NCBI GenBank assembly: GCA_963706575.1
Contig: CAVPNL010000002.1
Location: forward strand, 114,022 to 178,021
Direction of reading: 5' to 3'
DNA length: 64,000 bases
DNA from: an uncultured delta proteobacterium
GTDB lineage: Bacteria > Desulfobacterota > Desulfobacteria > Desulfobacterales > JAHEIW01
Within the stretch, counting starts at the first letter, position 1; every line of letters begins with the position of its first letter. The notes beneath the pieces were generated by a model, which ran no database searches, was not told the origin of the DNA, and saw only the letters and a program-made list of their open reading frames with translations. This document shows, piece after piece, positions 30,577-41,163 of this stretch. The position numbers and the translations under genes are program-made.

Positions 30577-31830
30577 TTATTTAAAAGATGGAATTAAACT
30601 GAGTGCATCATCGGTAACGTGATCAACAATTCCCTGGAGCCATTGAGTTCCGGTGTCGCCATCAGCCGGTGGTAGTCCCTGAATCACGGTAATATAATCC
30701 AAGCCGTTTTTCTTGATCCCCTTTTGGATTTTTTCAAGAAAGGCATCTCGCTCACGCGACTCTCCGGCTTCGGTACGGCTTTGATTGAGCAAATCTTTCA
30801 ACCGCGGCCACTGCGCCACCAATTCCTGTTTTTGCTTCCATGCAGGAGATGATCGGCCAAGCTCATTTTTTGGGAAGGGTTCCATCTCCATGGAAATTTG
30901 GATCTTGTCACAAAGCGCTTCAAGCCGATTAGCCCGCTCTGTGATGGCACGACCCACATTTTCTTCGAGTCCGGCCAACAGCGTTTCTGGAAAATATTCT
31001 GAAATAAACTGGCTGCGCACGTAGCGGTACCATTGGCCTAAGGCAATCAGATTGGCAATATAAATGATATTGTTAAGCACCACTCGCTTTTCGTTTCGAT
31101 ACCGCCCGGGCGAATATGACAAATTGCCGCCTTGCGGTTCACCGCCGAACAACAGGCGCCCGGGCCTGAGCTCATCCTTGCGAACAATCGTACCGGCGGC
31201 CACTGTGGTCCCGTAAGCCAGCCGGCAGGGGCCGACCAGCCCCCCCTGGCCGCCCAGGAATATCGGTGGCTGATTTAACATCACACCTTTTGGCACATCA
31301 CCGATCAGGGAGGCCGTCACCTTGTCCTGATTGGGTGTAAAATTAAAATGGATGTAGCAACTGCCCACCTCGCTGTGATTTTTGCGACTGGTGCCACCGG
31401 CCATCAGACAATCGCAAAAATTGATTAAACTTCCCAGGGTGACAAACGGAAAGAGGATCGTATGTTTGGTCCCTACGGTGTGCGCAATGCTGGCCTGCTC
31501 TTCAAAAATGCTGGCTTCACGCACATGCGATCCCAGCCCGGCTTTGGCGTTTGCCAGAAAAACAGCATCTTCAAAAAAACCGCCCTTCAGTTCAACCCCG
31601 GGCCCGATCTGACAGTTTTTAACGGTAGCCGGGGCTTCAAATCCGATGATAGCACCACTTAAAATGACAGTCGTATCGCCGAAGATCTTAGAACCCGCAT
31701 GTATCGACACACCGTCGCCTGAGATTTTATCAATATCTACCTCTGCTCCGATTTCGATACTTTCCGGACAGGCAACCCGGATTCCTTTGGCAATTAACTG
31801 CGCAATTTTTGTTCCTTTTTGGCGTGTCAT
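30577..31830 (-). CDS. GlmU-related protein: acetyltransferase-like beta-helix with a C-terminal helical extension
   Basis: Hexapeptide-like repeats resembling the C-terminal half of GlmU; no N-terminal GxGTR nucleotidyltransferase motif; directly upstream of glmM. Confidence 0.65.
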   Translation of the reverse strand: MTRQKGTKIAQLIAKGIRVACPESIEIGAEVDIDKISGDGVSIHAGSKIFGDTTVILSGAIIGFEAPATVKNCQIGPGVELKGGFFEDAVFLANAKAGLGSHVREASIFEEQASIAHTVGTKHTILFPFVTLGSLINFCDCLMAGGTSRKNHSEVGSCYIHFNFTPNQDKVTASLIGDVPKGVMLNQPPIFLGGQGGLVGPCRLAYGTTVAAGTIVRKDELRPGRLLFGGEPQGGNLSYSPGRYRNEKRVVLNNIIYIANLIALGQWYRYVRSQFISEYFPETLLAGLEENVGRAITERANRLEALCDKIQISMEMEPFPKNELGRSSPAWKQKQELVAQWPRLKDLLNQSRTEAGESRERDAFLEKIQKGIKKNGLDYITVIQGLPPADGDTGTQWLQGIVDHVTDDALSLIPSFK

Positions 31831-31849
31831 AAGCCTATCATAATTGCCG

Positions 31850-33536
31850 TTATCGATTTTGCTTTTTTTGTTTCACATCATCTTTAATACGCTTGACATG
31901 CCCGCGACCCAGCCCCTTGACTTCACAGCCCAGCTCAAAATAGCGGCGTATCTTTGCGTCATCCAGCACACCGAAACAATCGACGATGGCAGCCGGGCGT
32001 CCGATCATTTTGACAACATCGTCGGGGTCCAGTTCGAGGTACTCCTGGTGCCGGACGGCAAAAATCACCGCATCGGCAAATTGAAGGGCTTTGGATAAAT
32101 CCGTTTCGATCCGGGTTTCATCCAGCTTGTCCTGATTTCGGAAAAAACGTTTCATGGAATGATCCGGTGCCGGATAGCTATCCTGCTTTTCAAGTTCCCA
32201 CCAGTGCTTGACATAAGGATCGTTTACCGCAATTTCCGCTCCCATTTCCGTTAGTTTGCGAACGATAATCTCAGAGCCGCTGTATCGCGTATCACCTACC
32301 CCCTGGCGGTAGGACGCGCCCAGCAGTACGATTTTAGAGGCCGCAACGATTTTTCCCATGTTGCGCAGTGCATCCCGCACCTGCTGCGGCACCCGCAATG
32401 AACGCGTATCATTGATATCAATGGCCGCCGGCGTTATTTTGAACACATTATCTTCAAAACCCATCAGGGTATGGTAGGCCCACACACCCAAGCCGCCGTC
32501 TTTGGGCAAACAATAGCCGCCAATGCCGGGCCCGGGGAAAATCATGTTGCTATGGGTCGGCCGGATTTTAATCGCTTCAATGACTTTGATCAGGTCCACG
32601 CCGTTGCGTTCGGCAAATACGCTCCATTCATCTAAAAAAGCCAGGGTGGTGGCCCGGTAGGAATTTTCAATAATTTTACAAGTTTCGCTTTCAATCGGAC
32701 GGTCCAGTACCGTGAGTGGATATTCTGCCACATTCAGTATTTGCGATAAAAAGATCCGAACCCGTTCCCGGGCCGTTTCATTGATGCCGCTGCAAACCCG
32801 CCAGAAATCCCGCACGGATGCCACATAATTGCGCCCGGGCATCACGCGCTCAAATGAATGCGCCAAAAGTGGCTCAGCAATCCGATAATCCGCGCTTGCC
32901 AAACTCTTTTTTTATGATGGGATAGGCCACATATTCGGTGGTTCCCGGCGGTACCGTGGTTTCAATTAAAACCAGGCATTCCGGTTTTATCTTTTCCCCG
33001 ATAATTTTAAGGCTGGCTTCCAGCGCTACGATATCGGCATGACCCTGGCGAACATCGCCGAATGTTTCTTTAAAATAATCGCACTGGACATCGACGATGA
33101 CAACATCGGCCAGACTCAGCGCTTCATAAGTAAACGTAGCGATCAACGTTTTTTTCTCTTTTACGCAGCGTTCGATCAGGGGGGCGACTTCGGGGTCTTC
33201 GGCCTCAACCGGGGCGATGCCTCTGTTGATATAGGGAATTTTCCAAAAGGATCGGGTTGAAGGCCGTTGCATGCCGATGACAAACTTGTTGGGTTTGTTG
33301 CTATCCGGATCCGTTGAATCGGCGACAACGCCCGCCATCACCGCACCGACAAATCCAACGCCCATTACCACAACGATTTCTCTGCCCATCAATCGCTGCT
33401 CTTTCACGATCCTCTGTAAGCGCTTAAATTCCTTTTGGTAATCTTTTTCCTGGGGTAATTGAAAAGCCTCACCGGTCGGACAAACCGAAACCGGGGCTTC
33501 TGAATGTGAATTTTCATTCTCCTTTGAAATCTGCAT
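31850..33536 (-). pseudogene. UDP-glucose/GDP-mannose dehydrogenase-family gene split by a +1 frameshift near 32878
   Basis: 5' ORF carries GVGFVG and ETTVPPGTT and stops at KRGLSDC*; the 3' frame carries AHSFERVMPG, KIIENSYR, GPGIGGYCLPKD. Confidence 0.8.
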
Positions 33537-33861
33537 AAAGCATCTCCGTTCGCATTTGATAAGTAGTAATTTTACGGGGTATTTCAATAAATTATCATCA
33601 TTATTAACATAAGATATTATCATAAGGCTAGAATAAATCAAACCTAAATCGAGCGTTTCAAATTTTAAAATAAGTCAAAAAAAATATCCAAAAACCGAGC
33701 GGGGCATGCCAGGTAAAAATAATAATTACAATATATTATATCGTAATCATCTTTTTTGGTATTGAAAGACGACTAAAATTGTGATTTAATTTAAAACAGT
33801 TGAACATTAACGACACTGGCATTTGTCATAGTTCAATTGAATTAGAAAGGAGCTATGTTTA

Positions 33862-34257
33862 ATGGCACGCATACTTATTATCGATGACGAAGAGCAAATC
33901 CGATCGATGCTCCGATTGATGCTGGAAAGAGTTGGATATGAGGTCGTCGAGGCGCCTGACGGCATCGAAGGGATCAGAAAATACCGAGAAAAACCTGCCG
34001 ACCTGATCATCACGGATCTTATTATGCCCAATAAAGACGGCATCGGCATGATTATCGATCTTAAAAAAGAGTTCCCCAGCGTAAAAATTATTGCCATGTC
34101 CGGAGGAGGAGTAAATCGTCCTGAAGGATATCTGGACGGCGCCAAGAAGCTGGGCGCAAATCGCACCCTCACAAAGCCGATTGATAGAGAACAAATGCTG
34201 ATGGCGGTTAAAGAAACCCTGAAGGAAGACTCTCCTGTCGCTGAGTCATCCGTATGA
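33862..34257 (+). CDS. Single-domain response regulator
   Basis: ILIIDDE, DLIITDLIMP, IAMSG, KP; AAGGAG RBS. Confidence 0.92.
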   Translation: MARILIIDDEEQIRSMLRLMLERVGYEVVEAPDGIEGIRKYREKPADLIITDLIMPNKDGIGMIIDLKKEFPSVKIIAMSGGGVNRPEGYLDGAKKLGANRTLTKPIDREQMLMAVKETLKEDSPVAESSV

Positions 34258-34532
34258 AGGATTTGCACCATACTGTTTAAAAATTTTAAATAAACTGCCG
34301 AAAAATGACCGGCTCATTTGCGGCTTTTGGCAATTGCGACTTAATTTTTACCAAAAGGAGACCGACAGAAATTTTTTAGAGTTGCCGCCCGCCTATTTCT
34401 ATCCCGAAGAATCCCCGGCTTTAAGGTTTTTAGCTTTGCAAATTTTTCCGGATTATTATAAAAGAGTAAGATTGAGGACCAAAATCCACGGTCTCTCCTG
34501 CTTTACCCATGCTGGATCAAGGGAAAAAATAC

Positions 34533-35357
34533 GTGAAAAATTTCGCTTTAATATTCTGTCTCATCATTCTCATTCCGTTTAATGCGGCAGCCGATATCAT
34601 CTTTTTTAAAGATGGCATGAAGACCGTCTGCCAGGAAAAAGCTTGGGAGGAGGAAGGAGAAGTCAGATGTGAATATGGTGGTGCGATTCTGAGTTATCAA
34701 AAAAAAGATGTGATACGGATCGAAAAAATAAGAATTGAAAAACAACCTGAAAGCCTTCCCGGCAAGGATCCCCAGACACCCAGCAAAACCGCTGCAAAAC
34801 AGGCGACATCAGCTCCCGAAATCAAAAAGCCCGCTCCCCCCGGGAAGAAACCGTTCTCTAAAAAGGTTTCCAAAATCGTCTCAGCAAAGCCAGATATGGC
34901 TAAAGCCAAGGGCTTGCAATTTTACAATCCCAGACGTCCTCAAAAGTACTGGAGCAGTGCAGTTTCCAAACACCATTCTTTTAAAGAAGCCATCGCATCG
35001 CTGGCGAAACAGTATGATCGCTCTCCGGAATGGATTCAACATCATATGGGAGAAACCAATGACCTTTCTGAAATCCATCAAAATTTGAGCATGGGTAAAT
35101 TAAATGCACCGCTGACGGTACCGGAGGATGACAAAGAAAAAATACCTGAAACACTTTTCTACAATCCGCGAAGACCACAGAAATACTGGAACAACGCTAA
35201 CTCAAAGCACAATACATTCAAGGAAGCAATCGCCGCAATGGCCAAAGAATACGAGCGGACGCCGCAATGGGTCCAACAATATATGGGAACAACCAACAAC
35301 CTTAGTGAAATCCATCAGAATTTGGCAAACCAAAAGGAGGTTGAAACTTCGCCGTAA
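34533..35357 (+). CDS. Exported hypothetical protein with a duplicated 56-aa domain
   Basis: Signal peptide (AAA-D) then DIIFFKDG; Pro/Lys linker; FYNPRRPQKYW...SEIHQNL occurs twice; start GTG 34533 or ATG 34509. Confidence 0.75.
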   Translation: MKNFALIFCLIILIPFNAAADIIFFKDGMKTVCQEKAWEEEGEVRCEYGGAILSYQKKDVIRIEKIRIEKQPESLPGKDPQTPSKTAAKQATSAPEIKKPAPPGKKPFSKKVSKIVSAKPDMAKAKGLQFYNPRRPQKYWSSAVSKHHSFKEAIASLAKQYDRSPEWIQHHMGETNDLSEIHQNLSMGKLNAPLTVPEDDKEKIPETLFYNPRRPQKYWNNANSKHNTFKEAIAAMAKEYERTPQWVQQYMGTTNNLSEIHQNLANQKEVETSP

Positions 35358-35497
35358 ATTCAAGCGACTGGAAGCCCCTGCGACGCCCAATCGGGCATTG
35401 CGCTTGAACAACACCGGCAATGCGGTAGAGCGCCGTCATTTCTGACACTGCCAAAAACGATGGCAGTTTATCGCGCTAGATTACATTATTCATTTTA

Positions 35498-35526
35498 TTG
35501 ACAATCAAGCAATTTTCCTGTACGAT
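35498..35526 (+). promoter_or_regulatory. Putative sigma70 promoter
   Basis: TTGACA-17 nt-TACGAT, about 100 nt upstream of ATG 35628. Confidence 0.55.
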
Positions 35527-35627
35527 TTTAACAAATATATATTGTAATATAGACTATTTATATTACCTGTTGTTGCAGCTCCGCAAAGCCGCTTTGTGCT
35601 TTGCGATTTTTGAAAGGTCAGGCCCTC

Positions 35628-36182
35628 ATGCTTTCAGTCAGTCGCGATATTGTTGCATTAATCCGAATATTCACCAGCTGTTTGACAGCCGCTTTTTTAA
35701 TTTTCTTCATCTCCTCACTATCCGGAGAAGATCTGATTAAAAACAACAGCTTCATTGACGATCTGGATAGAAACCTTTTGGAAATCACGGCCGAATTGGA
35801 AAGTGGTATCGAAAACAGAATTAACCAGCTGGGAGAAGTACCCGCCATCAATCCCTATAAAAAATTTTACTGCGCCGAATTTGCAAAAGAGATTCACGAA
35901 GTTTCATATTTAACAGAAAAGCAAAAAATTTTATTCGATGCATTTAATGTCCGTGACTTTGAAAGTAAATCAAAGCGCCTGGTAAAATATTCAGAAAATG
36001 CCAATATGCAGGCCCTGATGAATGAGCTTGAGATTGTAAAAAGAGAGCTAAAAAATTCCGTCAATTTGATTGATAAAAGGCGCAAAAAACTCGTACGCCA
36101 AAGAACGGCCTATATTATCCTCTTTTTCGTACTCTGGATTGTGATCTATTTCTATTATAGCCGCGGCTTTATCAGGCGATAA
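35628..36182 (+). CDS. Hypothetical membrane protein (N-terminal hydrophobic segment, coiled region, C-terminal TM)
   Basis: ORF composition; GAAAGG RBS-like site; directly upstream of the ExeA-like gene. Confidence 0.65.
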   Translation: MLSVSRDIVALIRIFTSCLTAAFLIFFISSLSGEDLIKNNSFIDDLDRNLLEITAELESGIENRINQLGEVPAINPYKKFYCAEFAKEIHEVSYLTEKQKILFDAFNVRDFESKSKRLVKYSENANMQALMNELEIVKRELKNSVNLIDKRRKKLVRQRTAYIILFFVLWIVIYFYYSRGFIRR

Positions 36183-36236
36183 CCCTACAATAAATCAGAA
36201 TTTTTTACCCTTTCGCATAAAGAAAACCGGTTCCTC

Positions 36237-37790
36237 ATGTATCAGTCATTTTATAACTTAAAAGTTAAGCCATTCCAAATCACAACGGATCCGAAATTTT
36301 TATGGCTCGGTGAAAAGCATAAAGAAGCCCTCGCGACGCTTAAATACGGTATCTTGGAAAACAAGGGTTTTCTTCTGCTAACCGGCGATGTCGGAACCGG
36401 CAAAACCGTTTTAATCCACGGTCTGACGAAGATCATTGACGTTTCGGCAATTGTGGCCACCATTCCGGACCCCGGGCTAAGCAGCATTGATTTTTTTAAT
36501 TTTCTTTCCGAAGAGTTAAAGATGAACCGGCGCTTCGACAGCAAAGGCGCCTTTCTGATCCACTTAAAGCATTTCCTGCATAAAGCCTCGGCAACCGATA
36601 AGAAAGTTCTGTTGATCGTTGACGAAGCCCAGCGGCTCAATCACGAGCTCATCGAGCAGATCAGGCTTTTGTCGAACATCGAACTGGACAACCGCAAATT
36701 GATCAACATCTTTTTTGTCGGCCAAAGCGAATTCAACAAAATGATTAACGAAGAACGCAATAAAGCCGTCAGACAGCGAATATCGGTTAGCTACCATATT
36801 GATCCCCTGACCGAGCAGGAAACGCGCGAATACATTAACCATCGACTCAAGGTTGCCGGATGCAACCGGGAGCTTTTTAAACCGGAAGCTGTGCGAAAAG
36901 TCTATACTTTTTCCCACGGATACCCGCGACTCGTGAACATCATTTGTGATCACGCACTGCTGACCGGATATTCCGTCGGAAAAAAAATCATTGATGCCGG
37001 GGTGATCAAGGAATGTGAAAAAGAGCTTAAAATTCCCATCAATGAAACGAACAAAGAAAAAAATAACGCGGAATTCTTGGAACCGAAAGAAAGCCCATTC
37101 GCCGTGCTTCAAAACCAATCTACGGGCAAACGAATCGGATATTTCGCCGTTATTGTTTTACTGCTCGTGGTCACCGGTTATTTTTTATTTAATCTGCAAT
37201 CAAAAGATAAACCCCGCTGGAAAATGGAGGAAATCGCTCCCCAATCTTACGATTCTCCAGCTTTAAAAGCCAAAGAATCTTTCGTCCCCGGGGTGGTTGG
37301 TGAAACTGAAACTACAAAGAAATTGCCGGCGGTAAAACGGTTCGATGAACAGGTCATGGAGGGCACGGATTCTGAGCAGTCCGGCGAGCTGAAAATCGCA
37401 GACCAAAACGATGAATTATCAACCGAGCCGCAAGTCAGTCCTTTTCCGGATCGCAAAATAGTGATTTACTTCAAGCACAATTCAAATGATCTTCCGGATC
37501 TAGCCTATGACATGCTGGATCGCATTGCTGATTTTATGGTCCACAATCCGAAAACCAATATCAATATCAATGGCTATACGGATTCAACCGGGGCATACAG
37601 TTATAATGTCAGTGTTTCTCAGTTCAGGGCCAATATGGTCAAAGGTTACCTGGTCGGCAAAGGGGTTGAACCACTCAAAATAAATGCCCTGGGCCTGGGC
37701 CCTAAAGATCCGATTGCCAGTAACGAAACGGACAAGGGCAGACAAATGAACCGCCGGGTTGAAATCGAGCTCAATCTTGATAACTCGTAG
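36237..37790 (+). CDS. ExeA/GspA-family AAA ATPase with a TM segment and C-terminal OmpA-like domain
   Basis: MYQSFY..KPF, GDVGTGKT, IVDEAQ, GQ.EF, GYPRLVNIICD; GYTDSTG...RANMV...NRRVEI. Confidence 0.88.
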   Translation: MYQSFYNLKVKPFQITTDPKFLWLGEKHKEALATLKYGILENKGFLLLTGDVGTGKTVLIHGLTKIIDVSAIVATIPDPGLSSIDFFNFLSEELKMNRRFDSKGAFLIHLKHFLHKASATDKKVLLIVDEAQRLNHELIEQIRLLSNIELDNRKLINIFFVGQSEFNKMINEERNKAVRQRISVSYHIDPLTEQETREYINHRLKVAGCNRELFKPEAVRKVYTFSHGYPRLVNIICDHALLTGYSVGKKIIDAGVIKECEKELKIPINETNKEKNNAEFLEPKESPFAVLQNQSTGKRIGYFAVIVLLLVVTGYFLFNLQSKDKPRWKMEEIAPQSYDSPALKAKESFVPGVVGETETTKKLPAVKRFDEQVMEGTDSEQSGELKIADQNDELSTEPQVSPFPDRKIVIYFKHNSNDLPDLAYDMLDRIADFMVHNPKTNININGYTDSTGAYSYNVSVSQFRANMVKGYLVGKGVEPLKINALGLGPKDPIASNETDKGRQMNRRVEIELNLDNS

Positions 37791-37794
37791 ACGG

Positions 37795-37879
37795 CTCACG
37801 CCAAGCCTCCAAGACGCGAAACTTCTCAGATTATCTTCCTATAATTTTTTCCTTTGCGAGCTTTGCGGCTTTGCGCGAG
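37795..37879. repeat. Inverted micro-repeat element (CGCxAAG/CTTTGCG) between convergent genes
   Basis: Left CTCACGCCAAGCCTCCAAGACGCGAAA, right TTTGCGAGCTTTGCGGCTTTGCGCGAG. Confidence 0.7.
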
Positions 37880-37899
37880 GGAAAATCAATTTCTTTAAG

Positions 37900-38352
37900 C
37901 TAATTGCCGAAGTCGAACCTAGTTTTTAATAGTTTCAATGTCGCTGCGCTCACCGCAAGACCATTGATCTCTTTGGCTGAAACCCAGCGGGCCTCTACCG
38001 CGTCATCACCCGGTGACGGCTCTCCCAGAACATAATCTGCTGCCAGATCAACAATCACGTAATGGAATCGCACTTTTCCGGCCGCATCACGATCGATAAC
38101 GTCAAATGTATAAATCGGCTTTGAAGCCCGGATTTGAATACCTGTTTCCTCCAGTATTTCTCTTTCGGCAGCCTCCTGAAGCGTTTCACCGATCTCCACA
38201 CTTCCGCCGGGGATGGCCCAGAGATCTTCCGCGGGCGGCTGCCCCCTGCGAACCAGTAAAACACATTCATCCTTGAACACCACTGCACCGACAGCCACCC
38301 GGGGATTGCTGGGGTAATCGTTTTTCTTCTTTGGCGGGTAATTTTTCAACAT
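37900..38352 (-). CDS. NUDIX hydrolase
   Basis: Nudix box GGSVEIGETLQEAAEREILEETG; FHYVIVD. Confidence 0.92.
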   Translation of the reverse strand: MLKNYPPKKKNDYPSNPRVAVGAVVFKDECVLLVRRGQPPAEDLWAIPGGSVEIGETLQEAAEREILEETGIQIRASKPIYTFDVIDRDAAGKVRFHYVIVDLAADYVLGEPSPGDDAVEARWVSAKEINGLAVSAATLKLLKTRFDFGN

Positions 38353-38374
38353 TCAGGTATTTTCCCTTCTTACT

Positions 38375-38574
38375 GGTTTCAGTGTTCAGATGTCAGAAAA
38401 CAGAGATCAAACAGAGTGCTTCATCATTTAGTTTTTATCATCTGTCTTCTGCCATCTGACCTCAACTCGACTGAGCTCGTCGCAGGCTGGCCTCTGAAGT
38501 CTGACACCGACAGGGGCGTTATACGCTTTTTTTAACCATTATTCCAGTTTTCCAATATTCCATTATTCCATTCC
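38375..38574. repeat. Composite micro-repeat region: inverted heptamer array plus TTCCA octamer array
   Basis: GGTTTCAGTGTTCAGATGTCAGA ... TCTGTCTTCTGCCATCTGACC ... CTCTGAAGTCTGACACC; then CCATTATTCCAGTTTTCCAATATTCCATTATTCC. Confidence 0.65.
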
Positions 38575-38602
38575 GTAAAAACTGGTTGACCGTCTTGCAT
38601 CC

Positions 38603-38631
38603 TTGACACCGGTCGGTCATTGACCTATGGT
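38603..38631 (+). promoter_or_regulatory. Putative sigma70 promoter
   Basis: TTGACA-17 nt-TATGGT upstream of the aminotransferase gene. Confidence 0.5.
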
Positions 38632-38743
38632 CCCAGGATTAAGATCGTGCAGAATGCAAGTTTTCCATTGTGGTCTCACGCAAGTAATTTACAAAACACG
38701 ATTCAATTCAACTTAAACTTTTGACTTTTTAAAGGCCGCCGTT

Positions 38744-39886
38744 ATGAAATTCCAATCTAAGCTGCCCGACCTCGAGCTCACGATTTTTTCTGTAATGACC
38801 CAACTGGCTATTGAACACGGCGCAATCAACCTTTCCCAGGGGTTCCCGGATTTTGACACCTACCCCGAACTTATCTCACTGGTGGAAAAGTATATGCGTG
38901 AGAGTCATAATCAATATGCCCCCATGCAGGGTGTTATGGTTCTGCGCGAACGAATTGCCGAAAAAGTATACGATCTATACGGCGCTCGATACAATCCGGC
39001 AACCGAGATAACCATAACATCCGGTGCCACCGAGTCCGTTTTTGCAGCGATTTCCGCAGTCGTGCAAAAAGATGATGAAGTCATTATATTTGAACCGGCC
39101 TATGATGCTTATGCGCCCATCGTCCAATTAAGCGGTGGGATTCCGATTTTTCTCCAGCTAAAGTTTCCGCACTACCATATTGATTGGAACATGGTTAAAA
39201 ACGCCCTCAACAAAAAAACCAAACTTATCATTTTAAATTATCCGCATAATCCCACCGGCGCCGTTTTGTCAAAGGAAGATATTTCAAGCCTCTCGCAGAT
39301 CATAGAAGACACCCAAGCCCTTATTGTCAGCGATGAAGCCTATGAGCACATTATCTTTGATGGGCTGCAGCATGAAAGTATTTCCAGACATCCGCAACTG
39401 GCGCAACGAAGCTTTGTGATCTGCTCTTTCGGCAAAACCTATCACACCACCGGCTGGAAAATCGGCTACTGCCTGGCACCCGAACCGCTTTCAATCGAAC
39501 TACAGAAGATCCATCAATACCTGACGTTTGCCTCCAACACCCCGATTCAAATGGCCTATGCCGAATTTTTGCAAAACAAAGACCTGTATCTGGACCTGCC
39601 CAATTTTTATCAGCAAAAACGGGACCTGTTTTTAAGTCTTATAAGCAATTCCCGCTTTACGCCCCTCCCCTGCAACGGGACCTACTATCAAATGCTGGAC
39701 TATTCGCAAATTTCAGACGAGCCGGAACTCGTCTTTGCAAAGCAGTTGACCGTAGAACACGGCGTGGCCGCTATTCCACCGTCAGCGCTTTATCATCAAA
39801 AAGAGGATCACAGGGTATTGCGCTTCTGTTTCGCCAAAAAGACGGAAACCCTTGAAAACGCAGCTGAAAAATTATGCCGAATTTGA
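38744..39886 (+). CDS. PLP-dependent methionine aminotransferase (YbdL-like)
   Basis: SKLP..TIFSVM, AINLSQGFPDF, PHNPTG, SDEAYEH, SFGKTYHTTGWKIGY, RFCFAK. Confidence 0.9.
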   Translation: MKFQSKLPDLELTIFSVMTQLAIEHGAINLSQGFPDFDTYPELISLVEKYMRESHNQYAPMQGVMVLRERIAEKVYDLYGARYNPATEITITSGATESVFAAISAVVQKDDEVIIFEPAYDAYAPIVQLSGGIPIFLQLKFPHYHIDWNMVKNALNKKTKLIILNYPHNPTGAVLSKEDISSLSQIIEDTQALIVSDEAYEHIIFDGLQHESISRHPQLAQRSFVICSFGKTYHTTGWKIGYCLAPEPLSIELQKIHQYLTFASNTPIQMAYAEFLQNKDLYLDLPNFYQQKRDLFLSLISNSRFTPLPCNGTYYQMLDYSQISDEPELVFAKQLTVEHGVAAIPPSALYHQKEDHRVLRFCFAKKTETLENAAEKLCRI

Positions 39887-41019
39887 AACGAGAAGATTCC
39901 GCCAAATCAATCAAAATCAAAATTCAACAGGATCTTGAGCTTCGCATCCTGCACGGGATGGCCTGTGAATGGGATGCGGCATGGCTCGGTTTGGATCCGG
40001 ACATGCAGCAACTGATCCGAAGGCCGACGTTTGCGATAAAGGATTTAAAAAGCCAATGGGGAAACTGGTCACCGGAAAAGCGAAAAATCTCATTGAGCCG
40101 ACAGTTGGTGCTCAATTATCCCTGGGATTCGATTCGTGATGTTTTGTTGCATGAAATGGCCCATCAAATGGCGCAACAACTTTGGGGCACATCCGGCCAA
40201 ATACCTCATGGTACTGCCTTCAAAAGGGCCTGCCGATTGCTTCACATCGATTCTACGGCTTCCGCCAATTATGCACCGCTTCAGGATCGCTTGCTGCGGG
40301 ATACATCCAATGCACATGACAAGCGCATGCTGCGAGTAAAAAAACTTCTGGCGCTTGCGGAAAGCAAAAACCGTTTTGAAGCCGAAGCGGCCATGGCCAA
40401 AGCCCACGAGTTAATTGTCAGGCATAACATCGAGCTCCATCGCCATGAGGACAAGCGTCAATTTCTGAGTATCTTTCTTGGCTCCCCTGCCCTGCGCCAC
40501 CCCCGTGAAGATTATCATCTGGCCAATTTGTTGCAGGATTATTATTTTGTCTCTGGAATCTGGGTGTCGGCTTATGTCATCGAAAAACAAAAAATGGGCC
40601 GAGTTCTGGAGATTAGCGGCACCTCCCCCAATCTAAAAATCGCCGATTACGTCCATGGGTTTATCGTGCAGTTCATTGATACACAGTGGCTGAAATACAA
40701 CCATAAAAGAGGATTGAACCGTTATCGCAAAACCGATTTTTCGGTTGGCATAATAGAAGGATTTCGTAACAAGCTTGAGTTAAATGTCATTAAAAAGAAA
40801 ACAAAGAAAGATATTTTCGCCCTCATTCAAAAGGGTGATCCGCAACTGCAAAAATACTTCTCGTTCAAATATCCGCTTACCGCCTCGGTGAAAAAAACAG
40901 CAACCCGACAGGATCCCCGGGTGTTAAATGCCGGCAAAAAACTCGGTAAAAAATTAGTCATTGCCAGGGGAATCAACGAACGAAAAACCTGCCAACCGCG
41001 TTTGATCACCGGCACTTAG
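39874..41019 (+). CDS. SprT-like zinc metalloprotease domain plus DUF2786-like domain
   Basis: WG.W, VLLHEMAHQ, HGTAF; RVKKLLALAES.N.FEAEAAMAKA; overlaps the upstream stop by 13 nt. Confidence 0.8.
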   Translation: MPNLKREDSAKSIKIKIQQDLELRILHGMACEWDAAWLGLDPDMQQLIRRPTFAIKDLKSQWGNWSPEKRKISLSRQLVLNYPWDSIRDVLLHEMAHQMAQQLWGTSGQIPHGTAFKRACRLLHIDSTASANYAPLQDRLLRDTSNAHDKRMLRVKKLLALAESKNRFEAEAAMAKAHELIVRHNIELHRHEDKRQFLSIFLGSPALRHPREDYHLANLLQDYYFVSGIWVSAYVIEKQKMGRVLEISGTSPNLKIADYVHGFIVQFIDTQWLKYNHKRGLNRYRKTDFSVGIIEGFRNKLELNVIKKKTKKDIFALIQKGDPQLQKYFSFKYPLTASVKKTATRQDPRVLNAGKKLGKKLVIARGINERKTCQPRLITGT

Positions 41020-41163
41020 CACCGGAGTCATCCTCCCGTATTATTTCAAATTTTATTTCATTTCTTGCCTAAATTTATGAACTTCGCTTCATGTTTATTT
41101 GTAGCTTTATAGAAGTTTTGAGGCGAATATATTATAATTACAGAAACTTGCTATTTCGTTTCA

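Noticed and set aside
32874..32876. Selenocysteine read-through of the TGA in the dehydrogenase
   Set aside because: The downstream half is in another frame, so read-through cannot join the halves.
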